DNA of 64,000 bases from Schmidtea polychroa (GCA_044892525.1 CM097886.1:161076001-161140000), one strand, 5' to 3'. Positions 39,001 through 47,348 are shown, counted from the first letter of the stretch. Notes: generated by a model from the sequence alone, not told the origin. A program made the numbers and translations.

Positions 39001-42000
39001 CGCGATTCTGGGACAATTAGACGATGAGGGAAAAGAGAGAGTAATCGGGTATTACAGTCGAACATTCAAAAAGCACGAAAAGAACTATTCGGTAACAGAA
39101 CGAGAAGCATTGGCTATAATACAAGCTATCAAACACTTCCGATATTTACTATGGGGACATGAGATATGCATAACCACAGATCATCAACCATTAGTGTGGT
39201 TAGGGCAACATAAAGAAGCGTCCAGTAGACTGATGCGATGGGCCATGCAATTGCAAGAATACTCCCCATTTATAAAATTCAAAGCGGGAAGAGCAAATGC
39301 CAACGCCGATTGTATGTCAAGATTTATTTTCCCAGATTTGGTGGATTCAGAAATGCAACGCATATGCTTAATAGTAGCGGAAGATTTGGATTTCTGTCAA
39401 TTGCGAAAGGACCAACAAGAGGACGCGGAATTAAAACAAATTATCGATTATGTAAAAACCGGAAAGACAGATGTATATGCGAAAGACCAAAAATTAAAAG
39501 AACATATGGATAAACACCGACACCGATATGTTATAGAGAAAGATTGGTTGCTGATAATGGATGGGGAAAAACGATTAATGTGTATACCGGAAAACCGACG
39601 AAAAGAGCTACTAACGCAATATCACGACGGGAGATTGGGAGGACATATGTCATCGAAAAAGACGTTAGCAAGAATGAAACAGAAATATTTTTGGCCTACG
39701 TTAACTGAAGATGTAACCGAATGGGTAAAAAATTGTCTAACTTGTGCAACCAGGAAGAATACGGGATCAAAATGGAAAGCACCTTTAACGCCAATGCCAG
39801 TACCAATAGAACCAATGACAATGATATCCATGGACGTAGTTGGTCCACTACCAGAGTCAGATAAAGGAAACGTTTACATTCTGGTGATCACAGACTTTCT
39901 TACGAAATTTCCAGAAGCATTCGCGATGCCAGACCAAAAAGCTAAAACAATCGCAAAAATTTTGGTAGAAGAGATATGTTGCCGATATGGAACACCAAAA
40001 CAAATCTTAACCGATCAGGGAACTAATTTTATGAGTGAGATAATGAGCGAAGTAACAAATTACTTCAAAATAGCAAAACTAAGAACATCTCCATACCACC
40101 CTCAAACCAATGGGATGACGGAAAGATTTAATGGAACACTTATACAAATGTTATCAAACTACGTTGACCGTCACCAACGAGATTGGGACGAATATATAAA
40201 CCTATGTCTTATGGCGTACAGAATGTCGATTCACGCATCAACGAAAATGAGCCCATTCAAATTAATGTACGGAAGAGAATGTAACATGCCAATGGACCTG
40301 GAATACCAACCACCGATATCGCAGTATATGGAGATCGATGATTATGTTACGAAATTCAAGGAAAGAATGCAAGAAATTTGGGAAACTGCGGGATTAAATA
40401 TCAAGTTCTACCAGGAAAGTTATAAAGATTTACACGATCGAAAGAAAAACGTGAAGCAACATACGTTCCAAACAGGTGATTGGGTAATGATAGAAACCCC
40501 GGAATTAATTCCAGGAACCACAAAAAAGTTACAACGCAACGGAAAAGGACCATATGAGATCTTATTCGTAGGCGAAACTAATGTAAGAGTGAAATTGGTA
40601 AATAACCCCTTTACCAGACCAATATACGTAAACGTGGCACGATGCAAATCAATTCCAAAAACAGCCACTAGTCAACCAGAAGGCCGTACATTAACCACAC
40701 GTTCGCAAACCTACCGAATGAACATGATGCAACAACTCGCAGAACCGATCACTAGACGATTAGGTATCCAACCATCAGAAGCGGAAAAGATTGTAAAAGA
40801 GGTAAAAATTAAAATACCTGGATGGGCAAAAGATCGATTAGATTTCGAAATATTAGGAGGATTATTGACGATGATCGAGAACTATGCAAATAGAGAAAGG
40901 ACACACCCATTATTGCGAGTAGTCAAAAGCCAATGGCCAATATTAATTACCATAACAGATCATTACGGAGACACACCACTACACAAACTCATGAAAGTAG
41001 GTAACAACGAGCAAATACTAGAAACAATAGAAGCATTTCACGACTGCAAGCGATCAACAGAACAAACAAACAACCAAGGTTACACACCATTAATGATAGC
41101 CGCAAACAGAGGCAAAACAAAAGACATTATAACCGCATTACTCGATACCGGATCGAAAATAACTACACAAGACCACGAGCGGAAAAACGCTCTACATCAT
41201 GCTATCGGAGGGAGAAGTACCGAGGCGTTCACGTCATTGATGGAACTACTATCATATGAGGACAATCGGGAAGTCGGAAACATGTATGATGGATTGTTAA
41301 CAGCGATCAAAGAAAAACTGACGACAATTACCGGAATGTTAATTACATGGCGAAATCCAATTCGAAACGATTATATGATCAACGTAAACGAAGCGTTCAC
41401 GAGAGGAGAGAACACGCTGATGAGAGAAGCTATGAAAGGACATCATTTATTCGAAATCCCGAATCAATTACTAGAACGAGGGATAAAATTCACAAATCAC
41501 AAAGACGAACAGTTAACAAAAAAGCGAATCGACACATTCGAAAAATCACTATTCCAATTTACTAACCAAGTACGAAATAAATATTGGGAAACGGTAAGTG
41601 TGTTATATATGATGGACACAATGAATAACATCCGCGAGAATTACATGGATATTATCCAAGTACTTACAGCAGAGGAACGAATCAATAATCCAAACGGAAA
41701 GAAAACGAAAATAAGGTATGAGAAATCCAGGGAATCAAAGTCAACAACGAACCAAACGGTCATAAACAACGTCATCGAAACCAAATCAATGAGTATAGAT
41801 CAAGAGGCAATAATACGCAAAGCAAAAGAAGTGTTCTTTGAGGAAATGCTAGAGTTGTCAGACGAAATAATATTGTCAAAAATAATAAAAGCTGTACATA
41901 CATACGCAAGAGATCAAACCACGGGTTTAGATATCGGGAAAATCAAAACCTTCTTGCCTCGAGCATTTACGATGGTAACGAAGGATTCCAGAACACCCCT

Positions 42001-43936
42001 ACAACAAGCAATACTAGCAGCGAAAGAAAATAGAGCAATAACGATCGTGAGAATCCTTGGAGATATGGGCGAGGAAACCAACACGAAAAATGAACAAGGT
42101 GAAACCGCTATGATGTATGCAGCTATAACGAAAATACACCCAAAAACACTCCACATCCTACATCAATCAGGATCGAAACTAGACGAAAAGTCCAATGAAG
42201 GAAATTCCACCTTGGACTGGGCAACCATACAGCCAAACTTAGAAATGATCAGATTTATTTGCAAAAATGCGACAAAAGAAGAAGTTGAAAATATGTGCAA
42301 AAACACATCTCAGTTTCAATGGAATACGGTACGGAAAAATCTAGAAGCAATGAAATTATTATTAACCTGGAGAGTACCACAAAATAATAAATATGCGATA
42401 AATGTAAACGAATTCTACGAAAACGGAGAAAATGCGATGGTAAAGAATACCCTAACTAAGGGGGGGACGCCTAAAATTATTTTATTAGTATTAAATAGAG
42501 AAGACCTAAAATTCACGCAAAATCAGAACGAGCAACAACGAATTGGGAAACATCGTCGTATGCAATTGAGAGAGTTAGTTAAAGAATGGAATAGAAAGAG
42601 ACATGCTGCAACGGGTAGAAAAGAGTTTGAATTCGAAGCAAAATTAGCAAGAAACAGAGTGCTAACAGCATATCGCAGATTATTGAACGATATAAATGTC
42701 GAGGACGACATTTTAAATGACAGCGGGGGAGATAAATACGATGACAATGATGGAAAAGGCCGGAAAGAGGATAAAGAGAAAAGAGAACCGGAAGAGGATA
42801 AACCGGAAAACAAGGATTTGGATACGAAAAGAGAGGGAAACAGGCCGGGAACCAAGACCAAAGAGGAGGAAAAATCGAATAATGGAAAACAGAGGGTATG
42901 CCTACCTTTCACTAACAAAGAAATAGAGACAAATATGATATTAATGATAATTATGCTTACCATGATAGAGTTAGTAACAGCTCAGGGAGGGACGAGAACG
43001 ATAAAAGAAACCAAAGAAGCGGAGAATCAAGATAGCAAAGAGGATGAACTAAAGCAAGAAAAGAAAAAGCAAGCACAAGAGCAGCAGTGGGATTTAAAGG
43101 AAGAATGGGACTTAAAGGAAAGGTGCATACTAGGAAGATGCATGTCTAGAGCGTATCAGAAACTAGTACTGATAAATGAGGACACAGAACCAATAACAGA
43201 AGTAAGAATACAAGAAGCATACCGAAATCGAGACGGGAAGAGAATAACGAACGTCAAAGGAAAAGAGGTACACCTAGGAAAAGGTGGTGAAGTAGTAATA
43301 ACGCAGCTCCAACCAAGAAAAGAGCACAAAGTCTGTATTTCAAGATTAGGACCGGGGGAGAGATGCCATCAATATGTGACGCAGCAGCAGCCCCCGAAGG
43401 AATATACGGTTTGTATCTGGAGAAACGAATCAAAAAGAGAATGCCGACGATACCCGGGGAAAAGAGGAAAGAAAAGGAAAAACCGCGACGAAAAGGACGA
43501 AGGAGGAAAGCACAAGAAAACCGGCGAGGAAGCTCAAGACAACTATGTTTCGGAAGAAGAGATGGAAAAAATACAAAAGATGGCAAAGGAGGGTATGAAC
43601 GAGGAAATAGCAAGAATACGGGAAAGGATGAAAGGAAACGGCAAAAGAGGGAACGAGAAAAGTACAGAAGCAATATCAACATTAACAAACCAGGAAAAAC
43701 CAGAGAGTATAAGCGTGAAGCAGATGATGTGGATCAGTGGGATAATAATAACAGGGGCATTCCTAATCATAACGGGGGGAACAATAAAAATAATTAAGGA
43801 TAAACGACATCGCGGAGAACTAGAGATGACTCGAATCAGAAATTTCCAACATCGAGTGAAACGACCAAGTGATATCAAACAAGAACAGTGGGTGGAGGCC
43901 TGGAACGCTCAGCGCCCTCCAAACTCACGTATATAG
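30083..43936 (+). CDS. 4,617-aa Gag-Env-Pol-ankyrin polyprotein of the giant retroelement
   Basis: One uninterrupted ORF: capsid-like N-terminus, 3 CCHC knuckles, Ubl domains, glycoprotein, DTG protease, YIDD RT, TDAS RNase H, HHCC/DDE/GPY integrase, ankyrin repeats, C-terminal TM. Confidence 0.95.
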   Translation: MTNVVKTDEYKEKFRGEPFNGNANKLATFITNFEVYITVCGWTPEAISKRMPLFLCDSALEVYLEAKERDTKLEKWEDIKTFLKKTFGASKPINQALGELANRKQRANESITLYASELRRLAKKAMNGKLPEENLIGYFIEGLRREEVRASVGCQMCKTLEEAIDWATRCELHLPAQMNIMQEEGRIATAIAKADNGDNNNQEPKMNQFIPGAHQIFKPPQGRSNGNNGNRNNPNNENNFNNRRNMNDNKQCRTCGKPGHWDRDCYRNSNCNRCGRRGHTENVCQLRGCFNCGQPGHISRDCRERGQQQRPPQRNNNYIANPQRQSNPNEGKQMNVMQEISQMKQMMQQMMRPRQESAPQQTQNIRMMRSTENLNNYEVHQHVQEWQRLQAEEERIKRERNQQRQEQPLRINMMKLVKDMKSQYCYNYGKSPRVVPMTEPEKVKEITTEMKTENSTTISKGNQRIQKIFWKKIKDKIEKEHNKAKTETEDENNKSEEQTSQLNHQMLQESESEETTIFERKKLKRVPRMRNLQINMMKRTKDVASSDEEEDYVSSLGGEILQPNEISEPSKGEIKEEESGNEITSESEDEDIEIKLRKAREEAIKQVAEILPVVVRNQEFIDVIPFRRFVQKVMKLERNEKDLIPNEEKPIIKNYMEKMKQADTTRYVIKIGTSRGLERMWIKNTVTDELFDWIREHLGSSRKKEYLYQYQGEQIKPDMHLVDALIWPGETQILKLHKEKQPANLYDWAKDAKAEYDFNIKLKLEQIKQCTLRRNLDKLIKQIQEQVEDNWDLLITRRAPAMYELMSRLRDTEMLRMSDWRTIKLIHKYGRLKETQPQRLEITIWLPNEEKRRIKMSNQSTVDDLVSKINQEITEKVRSESSDGMVDDVVMMYDKIILRAEDDTSLSEMGMWDNHQIIRIVPMDEFRTRDVTYQKEIRDRMKTLYQKSTEIIEIHQQWLKEKELQGKITKLNTRSCRRTPWERVWNAESKEWEIRKGTFVETDIGETESESEEEEEEPPKYEEEAREQTSDDEGETDVTSESENEARHIHAMRKKEREYADMDGEEATEAREREEKERYKQLGDILAMGAKNQKRQVVALANIILKTSENIHNLRGMAKAIEEYRQYNEWYPEQLEQIIRKWRNQEWAQDTQERYHIRIKYPDKSIEELEVHPTTKIRELKKKLAYETPFHLQLFGKSLDDNADVGITPMRLEETNVLTMAETLGKPLKRKSKIIKPTKGSLSTPSPNKAPSKSNETEEVEEIILEDSDDEPGERSPLLVRWPTGAEMWTNNQPSTSYQQPTKLNSKEIIDNTTETETDEQFQKQREPTKVTPESQTDKIIDEWNEWLRNNDSSLPRTDNERNPNYENTREAGTMMEKRAKGRPKKQGEKSEFKTKEQLKQEQGQVRLEKLDKIVWDLKEAQPTIERGEKWIRELLKDMLIITNPQLRRLWQRKVASTEARQLWHIVSGIIPKLIKEKTKTTKTDWGETKKVIEQLTTNANDDEHHLVVITYLMYNLMGLAARKIPNKQFANHVEMTVSIIENTIEPHIIRAGGWKRLIQAPRKNEQERSMQVRLKKLLNELEWELPMKDPASRKASINSLMMTMMIWMLCTSGATGFTIYDCDNMIMRDKYSLRDIEECRQASPNKLDIVRTKVTYHVYQESDFIRTQARECVVSKKVLAYYCGQYSYSTLILPGLDKEIVSIQREDCKELFRTGALKMHNGVTIHGQTGMIKTESVYVSGKVKSSDGSCNGGTYTIRGEVISGVVVIESYTVELKEYEAQFDANNYQMKTNPTCRATENVCRTGVSTIIYEANTQKCRLQLLKSALFNEVKGEIYENENDEDGNDRVRMRNGKPMPPSPREKRLSTQKTPTALITDDPDLGMRFIKEKETTKCDSIVYKTNYAGIYMSRQIIDRAVGKIATEDVKLYLYANNKMDFLFHRGQTTLQKVYYDLIQNDCSLNKEILKTKLAIAITHPDNTMPSLPLPDGHFGRMVGEVMYTYQCTKTYARMPEKSILPEKRCANELEIRYKGQNRFVQPVTRIMNPVGFYPNLFNCSNAYGPLYERPDGKWMMLPGKTISEEPKKFGLIELATELDFKPIDVSNGGMYSPEDLETARLNVLFPARRESILSNMVTITGGTNYQSGPNYELLLSPDHFQQATSNMMKAMWGRFLVFGQMMAGILGIILIIQIVRVILTQMLACFDIYKREKKVNWKMIVGFLPFLAKTMVLHGHSKDIHRIKRLIKILTKIKGTDEEVGRRFRKVMYDEATRRQLKKNKPKFLDRFRSQSSNSDSDDDDNGNDKCLYPNRNPNEKPMETAPYWEKEKTNTWIANGSYIPPDIVGPQAALTMTQNMYPQLPSQPGMHYMPIRRTKSVDQADDVRTIAAMSLPGGPAVTVMIQINGKETNAMIDTGANVSAIAINQIPSKHWKDIESTTIHIIACSKETVDVVGRWWTTLRYQDNEIETYLAVIPKLSVPCIIGTDLMPELLKEVVIDLTTMCLKDKTGRICKMNAVIRCPEKIIVPAKSQMICQIKVDTGMEGEVIFEPSKSFEKRRELPLAREIITINQEGVIPLNITNFEEEDKIIYENEKLGRLTPMMDIELPKVTNEMIKDDELWTIDSMLLTNDEKKKLHRLLVEYKDIFAISDLDLGTCDVTLHAIPLIDETPIALRPYKLAEMQKEIAEAEVQKMLDAKVIEPSCSPWQFPVVMVKKKDGTQRFCIDYRKLNAVTKRDTYPLPDINEMLLMLQGAAYFTSLDLKSGYWQIKVKDEDKEKTAFTLGRDLYQFRKMPFGLTNAPASFQRCMNFVTHGIKQCMVYIDDLLIYSATFEQHLEDIRNVFIRLRQWKLKLKPSKCDWAKEKVTFLGHIVSAKGKEPDPRNIEKIKTCPAPKTVTQVQEFLGLCGYYRKFIKNYAGIAKPIQELVKKDISFIWEKEQQQAFETLRDKLIEAPILVHPDFKKPFLLATDASGYAAGAILGQLDDEGKERVIGYYSRTFKKHEKNYSVTEREALAIIQAIKHFRYLLWGHEICITTDHQPLVWLGQHKEASSRLMRWAMQLQEYSPFIKFKAGRANANADCMSRFIFPDLVDSEMQRICLIVAEDLDFCQLRKDQQEDAELKQIIDYVKTGKTDVYAKDQKLKEHMDKHRHRYVIEKDWLLIMDGEKRLMCIPENRRKELLTQYHDGRLGGHMSSKKTLARMKQKYFWPTLTEDVTEWVKNCLTCATRKNTGSKWKAPLTPMPVPIEPMTMISMDVVGPLPESDKGNVYILVITDFLTKFPEAFAMPDQKAKTIAKILVEEICCRYGTPKQILTDQGTNFMSEIMSEVTNYFKIAKLRTSPYHPQTNGMTERFNGTLIQMLSNYVDRHQRDWDEYINLCLMAYRMSIHASTKMSPFKLMYGRECNMPMDLEYQPPISQYMEIDDYVTKFKERMQEIWETAGLNIKFYQESYKDLHDRKKNVKQHTFQTGDWVMIETPELIPGTTKKLQRNGKGPYEILFVGETNVRVKLVNNPFTRPIYVNVARCKSIPKTATSQPEGRTLTTRSQTYRMNMMQQLAEPITRRLGIQPSEAEKIVKEVKIKIPGWAKDRLDFEILGGLLTMIENYANRERTHPLLRVVKSQWPILITITDHYGDTPLHKLMKVGNNEQILETIEAFHDCKRSTEQTNNQGYTPLMIAANRGKTKDIITALLDTGSKITTQDHERKNALHHAIGGRSTEAFTSLMELLSYEDNREVGNMYDGLLTAIKEKLTTITGMLITWRNPIRNDYMINVNEAFTRGENTLMREAMKGHHLFEIPNQLLERGIKFTNHKDEQLTKKRIDTFEKSLFQFTNQVRNKYWETVSVLYMMDTMNNIRENYMDIIQVLTAEERINNPNGKKTKIRYEKSRESKSTTNQTVINNVIETKSMSIDQEAIIRKAKEVFFEEMLELSDEIILSKIIKAVHTYARDQTTGLDIGKIKTFLPRAFTMVTKDSRTPLQQAILAAKENRAITIVRILGDMGEETNTKNEQGETAMMYAAITKIHPKTLHILHQSGSKLDEKSNEGNSTLDWATIQPNLEMIRFICKNATKEEVENMCKNTSQFQWNTVRKNLEAMKLLLTWRVPQNNKYAINVNEFYENGENAMVKNTLTKGGTPKIILLVLNREDLKFTQNQNEQQRIGKHRRMQLRELVKEWNRKRHAATGRKEFEFEAKLARNRVLTAYRRLLNDINVEDDILNDSGGDKYDDNDGKGRKEDKEKREPEEDKPENKDLDTKREGNRPGTKTKEEEKSNNGKQRVCLPFTNKEIETNMILMIIMLTMIELVTAQGGTRTIKETKEAENQDSKEDELKQEKKKQAQEQQWDLKEEWDLKERCILGRCMSRAYQKLVLINEDTEPITEVRIQEAYRNRDGKRITNVKGKEVHLGKGGEVVITQLQPRKEHKVCISRLGPGERCHQYVTQQQPPKEYTVCIWRNESKRECRRYPGKRGKKRKNRDEKDEGGKHKKTGEEAQDNYVSEEEMEKIQKMAKEGMNEEIARIRERMKGNGKRGNEKSTEAISTLTNQEKPESISVKQMMWISGIIITGAFLIITGGTIKIIKDKRHRGELEMTRIRNFQHRVKRPSDIKQEQWVEAWNAQRPPNSRI
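30836..30988 (+). other. Gag nucleocapsid: three CCHC zinc knuckles
   Basis: CRTCGKPGHWDRDC, CNRCGRRGHTENVC, CFNCGQPGHISRDC. Confidence 0.95.
32078..33742 (+). other. Three ubiquitin/SUMO-like domains within the polyprotein (32078-32290, 32600-32848, 33542-33742)
   Basis: Beta-grasp-like patterns: YVIKI...YLYQYQGEQIKPDMHLVDALI; LEITIWLPN...TVDDLVSKI...DDTSLSEMGM; IRIKYPD...HPTTKIRELKKKL...LQLFGKSLDD. Confidence 0.6.
34300..34760 (+). other. Bcl-2-like helical domain within the polyprotein, preceded by an AT-hook-like motif (34214-34240)
   Basis: BH2-like IEPHIIRAGGWKRLI; weak BH1-like EHHLVVITYL; KRAKGRPKK. Confidence 0.5.
34874..36780 (+). other. Envelope glycoprotein, chuvirus/herpes-gB-like (class III fusion), with internal signal peptide and C-terminal TM
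   Basis: Hydrophobic INSLMMTMMIWMLCTSGATG followed by FTIYDC...SLRDIEEC...ECVV...YYCGQYS...EDCKELFRTG; later YANNKMDF, QNDC, GEVMYTYQC, GGMYSPEDL, LFPARR; TM FLVFGQMMAGILGIILIIQIVRVIL (36596-36690). The cysteine spacing is as I recall for chuvirus-type glycoproteins. Confidence 0.85.
37262..40650 (+). other. Pol region: aspartic protease, dUTPase-like spacer, RT, RNase H, integrase
   Basis: MIDTGA (D at 37313); PYKL and RFCIDYRKLN; YIDD 38531-42; LATDASG; HDGRLGGH...CLTC; SMDVVG, TDQG, GMTERFN; GKGPY. Confidence 0.97.
40958..42560 (+). other. Two tandem ~340-aa ankyrin-repeat modules after integrase
   Basis: GDTPLH, GYTPLMIAA, KNALHHA and RTPLQQA, GETAMMYAA, GNSTLDWA; paired motifs are exactly 1,020 nt apart. 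Confidence 0.85.
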
Positions 43937-44096
43937 AAAGGAATATGACTGTATATAATTGTAAAAAGTAAGTATATCTTATGTATATAACAGTACTATA
44001 TCTGTATATAAGCGCGGTATCAATATTATACAATAACGGGAATCATAAAATAAAATTAAATTTACATAAGAGTTGAAAAGTGTATATAAATTAGGA

Positions 44097-44456
44097 ATGG
44101 ATCAAGGAAATAACGAAATGAACCACAACACAGTAACTGAAGAATTATGGAAGCAACAATGTGCCGTATTAGCACAATTAGTGTCCAATTTGCAAGAACA
44201 AGGACTGACGATGCACAGAAACCTGATCGAGAGTATGAACAGAGGATTTAGTTATTTGAAGATAATTGAAGACCAGAGGTTAAAAATCGAACAAATGCAA
44301 AGAGAGATAGAGAGGATAACCCAATATAGCCGTCGGCAGGAAATTGAAATAGACCGAATGAGGGAGGAAGCAGAACAGACAGAAATAGAAGACTGGTCGG
44401 AATGGCTAATGAATAGAGAGGAGAGCGGACACGAAGCCGACTCTTCCGAACCCTAA
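44097..44456 (+). CDS. Accessory ORF, ~119-aa coiled-coil protein of unknown function
   Basis: The track start is a TTG (44073); the first ATG is at 44097. Heptad-rich, with an acidic tail. Confidence 0.65.
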   Translation: MDQGNNEMNHNTVTEELWKQQCAVLAQLVSNLQEQGLTMHRNLIESMNRGFSYLKIIEDQRLKIEQMQREIERITQYSRRQEIEIDRMREEAEQTEIEDWSEWLMNREESGHEADSSEP

Positions 44457-44541
44457 ACCAAACCTAGCTTAAAATGTAAATAATTGTAAATAAAATATCG
44501 AACCTGTATCGATAAGAACTATTTGTACATATAATTATAGA

Positions 44542-45930
44542 ATGGATAAACGACAAAGAGAAGAGTTCAGAGAGATTGTCGAGCAAGTCCGAAAATCTAC
44601 AACGATCAGAATACACAAACATGTTATGTGCGGAATATGTGAAAAGTTGTTAAAGGAACCTCACCAAACGCAATGTGGATGCAGAGCATGTAAAGAATGT
44701 ATCAGTGAAGCAATAAAGAATAGACCACAGAGGTGCCCGGTGTGTAAAGAGACACTAATATCGAGTTTAGAAGACACTAACGAGGATAAAGCCGCAGTGA
44801 AAGACATGTTAAACACCAACCTGGGATGCAAAAATGCCCCATGCGAATGGAAAGGAGTAATATGGAAGGTAGTACAACATATGGGAGAATGTATGTACAG
44901 AATTGGCCAGTGTGAAAGGTGCCATAAAACCATTCGAGCAAGCGAAGAAAAAGAGCATCAAAGGCAGTGTGAAGAGAGATTGGAAAGATGTGAACACTGT
45001 GGAGAAATAGATACGTGGATAAATCTCACCCTCAAACATCACAATGTCCAAGAGGAGAGAGTATGTGCGGAGTTCAGTGGGGAATGCCCAAACGGATGTA
45101 ACCAAGGGGAAATAATGAAGGTGGCACAGCATCTAAGGGAATGCGAAAAGAAAAGAATGACATGTGTACTAGGTAGATGGGGTTGTCAGAAATTACTACA
45201 CCGAGGTGAGTTACCACATCATTTAGTAGAAAATGCTTCAACTCACGCAGAAATGTGGTCGACTGCGTTACAAGAAAGCGAAGAGAAAGTAAAACAAATG
45301 GAGATAGAGATAACATCGTTGAAAGTATTAGTCAAAGAACTACTAGAAGAAAGGAAAGCGTTCGAAGAAGCCCGAGCAAACATAAAGATGCAAATAAACC
45401 GAACAGAAATTAGTAATAATCAGGCCAAGGAGCTACATCAGAAAATACGGGAAATAAATCTACATGAGATAACCCCAACAGCACCCTACATATGGAAAAT
45501 AACGGGAGTAAAAGAAAGAATACGAAGAGCAAAAACCGGAGAAGAGACAAGAATAACAAGTCCTACATTCCATTCTTGGAAAAATGGGTACAAAATGAAA
45601 ATGAAGATATATCCCAACGGGGACGGAACCGGATTAGATACGCACTTTTCGATTTTCTTTCTGTTATGTAAAGGAGAATACGACGAAATATTAGAATGGC
45701 CGTTCCAGGCAAAAATCGATATTACTCTGATGAGCAACCAAAGTATACATGAGCAAAGCTTCAAAACAACGGGGAATCAAATAGCTTACCAGAGGCCCCT
45801 CAACGAAGAAGGATCAGCAACAGGAGCACCTACGTTCATCTCACAACAAAGAGTAGAAGATATGGCGAGAAATGATACCATATATATCAAGATGACCGTG
45901 AGGAAAGAGGAGAAGGGTAGAACGGAATAA
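44542..45930 (+). CDS. TRAF: Intronless TRAF-family protein (RING, TRAF zinc fingers, coiled coil, MATH/TRAF-C)
   Basis: RING CGICEKLL..PHQTQCGCRACKEC...CPVC (44629-44745); several CxxxC/H-x3-C fingers; MATH YIWKI...SPTF...GYKMKMKIYPNGDGTG..THFSIFF.LCKGEYDEILEWPF. Confidence 0.93.
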   Translation: MDKRQREEFREIVEQVRKSTTIRIHKHVMCGICEKLLKEPHQTQCGCRACKECISEAIKNRPQRCPVCKETLISSLEDTNEDKAAVKDMLNTNLGCKNAPCEWKGVIWKVVQHMGECMYRIGQCERCHKTIRASEEKEHQRQCEERLERCEHCGEIDTWINLTLKHHNVQEERVCAEFSGECPNGCNQGEIMKVAQHLRECEKKRMTCVLGRWGCQKLLHRGELPHHLVENASTHAEMWSTALQESEEKVKQMEIEITSLKVLVKELLEERKAFEEARANIKMQINRTEISNNQAKELHQKIREINLHEITPTAPYIWKITGVKERIRRAKTGEETRITSPTFHSWKNGYKMKMKIYPNGDGTGLDTHFSIFFLLCKGEYDEILEWPFQAKIDITLMSNQSIHEQSFKTTGNQIAYQRPLNEEGSATGAPTFISQQRVEDMARNDTIYIKMTVRKEEKGRTE

Positions 45931-46123
45931 CCAATCGAATAATGTTGTATATAATAATCTGTACATATCGGTGTATATAACCAATAAAATATTATATAAT
46001 AATAGTATGAAAACCCTAAATACGAAAACCCAAAAATGATGCGAAAATTTCCCAAGAAACAGTAAATAATGAATAAATTCCTTTTTCATAATAAAAAGAT
46101 TAATCGATGTCTATGATTTAGAG

Positions 46124-47179
46124 ATGACACAAGAGAAAATAACCGAAATTGCGATAGACCCAACCAATGTCAACAAGACACAAATTCCCCGAGAACATAA
46201 CAAAAAATGGAACAAAGTAATGTTCCAACTAACTAATCTCACCCGAAACTACATCGAAGAAGCTAGAGAAGAGGAGAACAGTAAATATCAATGGCTAATC
46301 CACAATTTAAGAGAGGAAGCCGAAGCATGTAAAAGAGCATCAAAATGGGCATCATTAGAAAATACCCGCCAAGAAGCGCACAGCCACTACTTAAAGCAGC
46401 TAGTGCAGGAAGCGAGAAAGAGACTTACCGATGAGAACACCAAGCGCGAAGCGGAAAAGCAAATAGAAGGAAGGAAAATGATGCACTTAGTGGCAGAAGC
46501 GAGAAAATGGAAAAGACAAAACAGAGAAATGAAAAAAGAGATGAAAGAATTGCCCATGAGACTCGGATATGAAAGCGAACAAGGTAAATGGGAGGAGAAT
46601 TTAATAATAAAGGAAGAATTGAAAAGGTTGAGAAAGGTCGCCGCCCGAAGCCAAACCTGGCAAACAAAGGCTATGGAGTTTGAGCGACATTTGGCAATGA
46701 AGTGCGACATAAGAGAGCACGAGAATGCCGCAATGGAAGAGAGGATAACCCAACAAGCGGGACGGGTTGTGGAATTAGTAAATCAGGTAGAAGAGATGAA
46801 AAGAGACCTTAATGGATTACAAGGATCGCTGGAACAAAGAAACATGGTCCTAGCGGGAAAAAACAGAAAATTAGAAAACGAAAGGAAAATGTACAACGAA
46901 AATATTAAAAACTTAGAAATAGAAATTGAAAAATGGAAGGGCGACGAGAAAATCAAGGCCCTAGACAAACAGATAGAAGCGAAAGATGAAGAGACAAGGT
47001 ATCTCACCTATCTGCTCGACGAGGAATTGAATATCACTCGAGCTCTAAGAGACGAAGTTAGTGAACTGAGAGCTCAAATTCCCCAATATTACCTACCATA
47101 CGACCCTATTGCGATACAGTTACATTCCGCGGTCGATAGTGATGAAGGTTATGTAGGCCAGGAGGAAACCTTCGTATGA
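46124..47179 (+). CDS. Accessory ORF, 351-aa long coiled-coil protein
   Basis: ATG-initiated, E/K/R/L heptad-rich, same A-rich codon style as the polyprotein. Confidence 0.75.
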   Translation: MTQEKITEIAIDPTNVNKTQIPREHNKKWNKVMFQLTNLTRNYIEEAREEENSKYQWLIHNLREEAEACKRASKWASLENTRQEAHSHYLKQLVQEARKRLTDENTKREAEKQIEGRKMMHLVAEARKWKRQNREMKKEMKELPMRLGYESEQGKWEENLIIKEELKRLRKVAARSQTWQTKAMEFERHLAMKCDIREHENAAMEERITQQAGRVVELVNQVEEMKRDLNGLQGSLEQRNMVLAGKNRKLENERKMYNENIKNLEIEIEKWKGDEKIKALDKQIEAKDEETRYLTYLLDEELNITRALRDEVSELRAQIPQYYLPYDPIAIQLHSAVDSDEGYVGQEETFV

Positions 47180-47348
47180 GGATGGATGAAAAGATGAAAA
47201 ACTAAAAACCGGGACGTATATCCCAAACAAAAAAATTAAAGTACAGTAAAAGTATTTGAGGGACTGTAACCCTGTGTAAATAAAAACGATATAAATGTAT
47301 AAGTATAAGTCGCACTGTAGCGCATGATTAATTGTAAATATTATAGAT

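Noticed and set aside
44073-44096. TTG start given by the ORF track
   Set aside because: It overlaps the spacer motif; ATG 44097 after TAG fits the pattern of the other ORFs.
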